Both the position numbers and the translations under genes were made by a program. From Lama guanicoe (taxonomy: Eukaryota), in the NCBI GenBank assembly GCA_013239625.1, contig MU054026.1, positions 1 to 64,000 of the forward strand: a DNA stretch of 64,000 bases. The letters are read 5' to 3'. The notes below the pieces were generated by a model. That model worked only from the letters and a program-made list of their open reading frames with translations. It was not told where the DNA came from and ran no database searches. Position 1 is the first letter of the stretch; every line of letters starts with the position of its first letter. Positions 62,761 through 64,000 of this stretch are shown here, in pieces.

Positions 62761-64000
62761 GAGTTTTATATACTCCCTGAAGAATGAGAACCCCACTATG
62801 GCCATGGCTATTTTACGAAAAGTATAGCGAGTTGGAGATGTTACATTGAATGCATCAGTGACCTGACCAGCACCATCCAGCAAGGACAGGACTTACAAAT
62901 CCTGTTTTTAAATTCCTACTCTACAGCTCAGAGTAAAAGTTGTCTCTGCAGCTGGGATGTGCACCGTTTGTGTCTCCCTTTACTGGCAGAAGTCAGAATG
63001 CACTTGTTCTGGATACCATGGTAGGTGTCTCACCACAACATCATAGAGAAATCGTCAGGATAGGCAACATTTCCCAGTCATCTGTGTCCCCTGGTTCTCT
63101 TGCCCACGTTCTTCCCATTCAGATTGCTTCCTTGGGGGGAATCACGGTTCCCATTCCTTCTTCTTTCTTTGCAGCTCCATCTCCTGAATCCCCCTCTAGG
63201 AAGATGCGGAGGGGCTGGTGGGGAAGAGGACCTCCAGGTGCCTTGGCATTTCTTGTTTCCATATAATAGGTACCTACTGAAACCAGCTAAAGGGCATCGC
63301 GAGCTGTCCTTGACTCTCCGGAGCACAAATAGCATTTATCTCTGGGCAGCGGGCAGCGCCAACACGGGTTTTTGTCAACCTGTCAATTTTTTTTTTCTTA
63401 AACAGAAAGCAGAGTTCAGTAAATAAAGATAAATGATTGTGCTCCTTCTCTGCAGACCCTGGAGCTAAACTGAACAGGCCTCTTATGGTTTGGCCCTGCT
63501 TCATTGACTGTTCAGACAGCCCAGTAACACGACAGATGTACCCAGCCGTTCCCTCTTCCCCGCTGTCCATTAGATTATGTTCATTTTGTCTGAGATGCCA
63601 TTAGAAGTCTCAAGGTCAAAGAAGTCACAGGGAAGAAAAGAGGATGACTAATTTTTTTTTCCTGCAGCCCTTCATTGCCCAAAGAGCCCCCAGACAGGTG
63701 GACTCCTGCTTTGTGAGGGGCACAGAAGGGGGGGTTTGCTCCATGCAATTTACTTGAAATAAAATGCAGGTGTGCAATTAACCCAGACACACTTCTGGCA
63801 ACCAGCACCGCCCAGCACTGGAAGTTTTATGTGAATCGGGGGGAATGTTATTTGGGATATTTTCCTAAATGACAACTAAGTGATTTGTTTGCAACGAACG
63901 ACATGTTGAGGAAGTTTGGGGAGCAGTGGGGGCCAGCATTTCATTACTTTCATTCTTTCTTTTTTCTTTTTTTTTTTTAACTTTTAGGAAAAAAAGGTAC

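Noticed and set aside
1..64000. CRISPR array, operon, prophage or other prokaryote-type system
   Set aside because: No regularly spaced repeats and no gene-dense region; the sequence is mammalian throughout.

Overview
This is mammalian non-coding genomic DNA, most likely camelid. It contains three copies of a short tRNA-derived SINE resembling the camelid vic-1 family plus artiodactyl-type L1 3' ends, and I saw no Alu, Bov-A/BovB, PRE1 or Can-SINE copies. I cannot support any protein-coding gene, RNA gene or CRISPR array. The supplied ORFs (all <=180 aa) are chance frames or read through decayed repeats. Much of the window is a mosaic of transposable elements: L1, L2, MIR, MLT1/ERVL/ERV1 solo LTRs and MER2/MER3/MER5-type DNA transposons. 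Several are nested and many have readable target-site duplications (TSDs). Microsatellites are also present. Between the repeats are multi-kb repeat-poor tracts with AT-rich blocks dense in homeodomain/TALE motifs that look like conserved non-coding enhancers, as in a gene desert or large intron. The most unusual items are a same-site tandem L1 pair sharing a 22-bp flank, a rearranged 4.5-kb nested L1 cluster, one strong orphan splice acceptor and the enhancer-like blocks. I found no evidence for a previously undescribed biological system. Repeat family names come from recalled consensus motifs, not a database search. Boundaries without a TSD are approximate.
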